A DNA stretch of 63,846 nt, filler included, from Craspedostauros australis (taxonomy: Eukaryota), in assembly GCA_030167865.1 (NCBI GenBank). It is 13 parts of 13 records of this genome, joined end to end, with 100 filler letters (N's around TTAATTAATTAA, not from the genome) between each part and the next. Parts side by side here need not be neighbours in the genome. Positions count along the whole stretch, not along the records: positions 60,609 to 63,846 come from JALAGF010006503.1; 12 more parts are not named here. One strand, given 5' to 3'. Below are positions 60,609-63,846 of this stretch, in pieces (the stretch's first letter is position 1; each line of letters begins with the position of its first letter). Below the pieces are notes generated by a model. The model was given only the letters and a program-made list of their open reading frames with translations, was not told the origin of the DNA and ran no database searches. The translations under genes and the position numbers were made by a program.

Positions 60609-63516
60609 TTTGGCTCGTTGGATGCTTTCGCCCCATCGTCCACGTTATTGCAAGCGTGCCCTTGTGGCAGAATAGATGTGGTTTCCAGACACCGCGGCGT
60701 GTCATGTTCGTCGTTGCAGATCATGTCCTGCGCGAGCATGTTGATGAAGGTTCGCAGTGTAACCTGTTTGTGCCTGTGGCGAGAACCGAGATGACACGTG
60801 TACGCCTTCATTGCATCCACGACAGTGAGGGCGAACAAAGTTGTCACCAGGCGGAAATACCCGTCCTTTGTCACCCAGATCCTCTCNNNNNNNNNNNNNN
60901 NNNNNNNNNNNNNNNNNNNNNNNNNNNNNNNNNNNNNNNNNNNNNNNNNNNNNNNNNNNNNNNNNNNNNNNNNNNNNNNNNNNNNNNNNNNNNNNNNNNN
61001 NNNNNNNNNNNNNNNNNNNNNNNNNNNNNNNNATGCCCCCAAATGTCCTGATCCAGAGGAGAACACAAATGGAATCACTGAATTGCGCGAGTACTTGTAT
61101 CCCAGGGCGTATATTTCTGATGCGGTATCATCACGATCAACATCCCCATCGTCGCGGTTGCGTTTCAGAAGCAGCTGTGTTCCGGAGGGCCAGTCACTCA
61201 TCTTTTCTTGGAGGAACTTGAGTGGGAAGCCGGCGGACGAGGTTTTGATGATTCCAATGAATCCTGAATTTGCCTTCACAGCNATCTCCGAGCACGTCTG
61301 CACAGAGGCGAACCACGAATCTCCAATGAAAATGCTTCTTGGGAAGGAAAACTCTGACGTGTCGATGTGGATGTTGTTTCGCCCAATGTCATGCGTTGCC
61401 AGAGCCATGCGCAGAGAACAGGCAATAGTTGCTTTCCCACAATCTCTCACGTGATCGGCCTTGTCCATCTCTCGCTTTCCGCGTTGAATCTCCAAATGAA
61501 GCATGATACCGGTTTCGCCATCAGCAACGGTTTTAAACTCCACCCCAAGTGGTTCCGGCTTGCGCGGAATGTGCGTCAGATGTGGAAGGTTTCCAGTGGG
61601 NNNNNNNNNNNNNNNNNNNNNNNNNNNNNNNNNNNNNNNNNNNNNNNNNNATGCGGAAGGTTTCCAGTGGGTGTCAGACGAGGCTTATACGCAGTCATGC
61701 TTTCGTCCATGACTTTTACCTGACCCGGAATGATTGTGTCACAACGACGTTTGTTGAATAACTCCACCCCAGGTTGAATTTGCCACCACTTGTCGCTGTG
61801 TTGCCTGGCCGGGTCAGAGAACAGGTAAGGAATGAAGTGTTCGCGGATGTGTTTGAATCGGTGGAAAGGCATGTGCTTCATGAGATCTCTTACGTCACAG
61901 AAGCCTTCACTCATCCAGTCGCCCCAGAGCTTCGTGGTGGAATCCAGCTTGCCAACAAGCATGATCCCAAAAAACACCCACAATTCGCGCTCTGATACAG
62001 GCTGTTCGTTGCGACGGCCGCCAACATCAATTACGCCTGCATTGATTCGCCTGTTGAGAGCGTCAATTTGTCGCTTCCAATCACCTGGCCACAGATGTTG
62101 CACCAGTCCCAGGAGGTTGATGCGGTCACGATTGGTGTCATCTCGCAAACATTTTTTGCTGAAGTCAAAACCTGCCACACCAAGCTTGGTTTGAGGCTCG
62201 TCGTCGCGGTGTTGAATAGAATCGTCATCAACTACTGTCCATGACACTGCATGCTTCTGCTTGCCAACTGTGACTGTAGTATTCATCAATTCATTCTTCT
62301 CCTCCATGTGTGAGTATCCTGCTGGCTCTTGTTCGCGTAGCATGACGTAGTCCAATTCATCACCCGCGAGCAAATCGCCTGTGCTCGGGTCAAACATTGA
62401 ATGCAGGTCACCTGTTGCATCATCATCGCCGCAAATCGAGATTCCTGGCGCAGATCCATCCGCGTTTCGGTTGGAGACGTCCATGTCTGCGCCATGGCTG
62501 GCTGATGCGNNNNNNNNNNNNNNNNNNNNNNNNNNNNNNNNNNNNNNNNNNNNNNNNNNGATTCGCCTGTTGAGAGCGTCGATTTGTTGCTTCCAGTCGC
62601 CTGGCCACAGATGTTGCACCAGTCCCAGCAGGTTAATCCGGTCACGGTTGGTGTCATCTCGCAAACATTTTTTGCCAAAGTCAAAACCTGCCACACCAAG
62701 CTTGGTTTGAGGCTCGTCGTTGCGGTGTTGAATAGAATCGTCATCAACGACTGTCCACGATGTTGCATTCTTCTGCTTGCCAACTGTGACTGTAGTATTC
62801 ATCAATTCATTCTTCTCCTCCATGTGTGAGTATCCTGCTGGCTCTTGTTCACGTAGCATGATGTAGTTGAATTCATCACCCGCGAGCAAATCGCCTGTGC
62901 TCGGGTCAAACGTTGAATGCAGGTCACCTGTTGCATCATCGTTGCCGCAAATCGAGATTCCTGGCGCAGATCCATCCGTGTTTCGGTTGGAGACGTCCAT
63001 GTCTGTGCCATGGCTGGCTGATGCGCTGTTAGGAAGGGATGAGACATTGGAGCGTTGCGAGTAAGATGTGTCACTGAACGTTGATGTGGTGTGACAGAGC
63101 TTGTGGTATCGCGAAGTCTTGTACAGTTTGTCTAGATCAGCTGATCCTTTCCCAACACTCTGCGTGCGGATGAGCTCCTCGACACAGCTGCTGTCCAAAT
63201 CGACTCGCGTCTTGTCCAGGAGAGTCAGCTTGGTACCTGCATGTTCACACACTGCGTTGATGGAACGCCAGTGCACAACCCAGTGATTCTTGGGGAGGGA
63301 CTTGAGGACGACACCGTACAGGATGCTTCGGACCTTGCCCTTGCTGTTTGCAGAGGTCACAAGAGGTCCGCAGGGACTAGATACATGGCTTCCAGGGTGG
63401 ATCTTCATGGTGCGATGTTCAGTGGAGAGTAGATAGAGAGGAGGGCGATGTCGGTTGGGGTAGAGAAAAGCTGGTGCTGCACCTGTTGTTGGTGTTGCAT
63501 CTGTTGCTGTTGCCAT
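60609..63516 (-). mobile_element. piggyBac-like transposase (DDE_Tnp_1_7), gapped, with duplicated N-terminal block
   Basis: KVMDESMTAY...NLPH...RKPEPLGVEFKTVAD, FIGDSWFASV, GIIKTSSAGFP and ERIWVTKDGYFRL. The third Asp falls in the N gap. Confidence 0.9.
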
Positions 63517-63846
63517 GGTCGCAGTCGTGTTGCTATGTCCTCCTCATGACGTCATGATGACGCGAACAACGGAATTTAATTTTCAGACATGCTTCCGAGA
63601 GTGGATCCGAGTGGTCAAATAGCATTCCGATTGGCATGGGAGCACTAAACGCAAGCATACCTCCATATCATCGCACTCAAACACAATATAGACCATATGG
63701 TTGTGACCAACTCGGAGAGAGGATTCTGAAATGATATCTATTGTGCAGATTGGGCCAAAGATCGCTAAGTCCGGAGACTTCAAAGATGGCGAGTCGAATT
63801 TCTCGAAAAAAGAGGCCAGATCCTACCGGACTCCTGTAGAATTCTA

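Overview
Eukaryotic, transposon-rich draft-assembly sequence, most likely a diatom (inference from CoDi-type Ty1/copia elements, Ambal-like LINE remnants, a secreted RXL + (KXX)n silaffin-like protein and GTACGT...CAG introns). The window is not one locus. Twelve artificial N-TTAATTAATTAA-N spacers join 13 unrelated scaffolds, and several gap-flanking duplications are probably assembly overlaps. Host-type genes: GT61-like glycosyltransferase, ankyrin-BTB-BACK family (one probably intact copy, two decayed), class C (7tm_3) GPCR, seipin pseudogene, silaffin-like Cys-rich secreted protein and a small spliced orphan. Mobile DNA: at least two Ty1/copia families, LINE 3' ends, a tyrosine recombinase, mariner-like DD38D, Sola3-like and piggyBac-like transposases, a MITE and a mini-Helitron. 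The most notable element is a 364-bp TRIM (36653-37016) with identical 97-bp LTRs and a 6-bp TSD. Each LTR encodes a 44-nt tRNA-like RNA lacking an anticodon arm. Its 3' end, once CCA is added, is complementary over 9 nt to the element's own primer-binding site, suggesting a retroelement that encodes its own primer.
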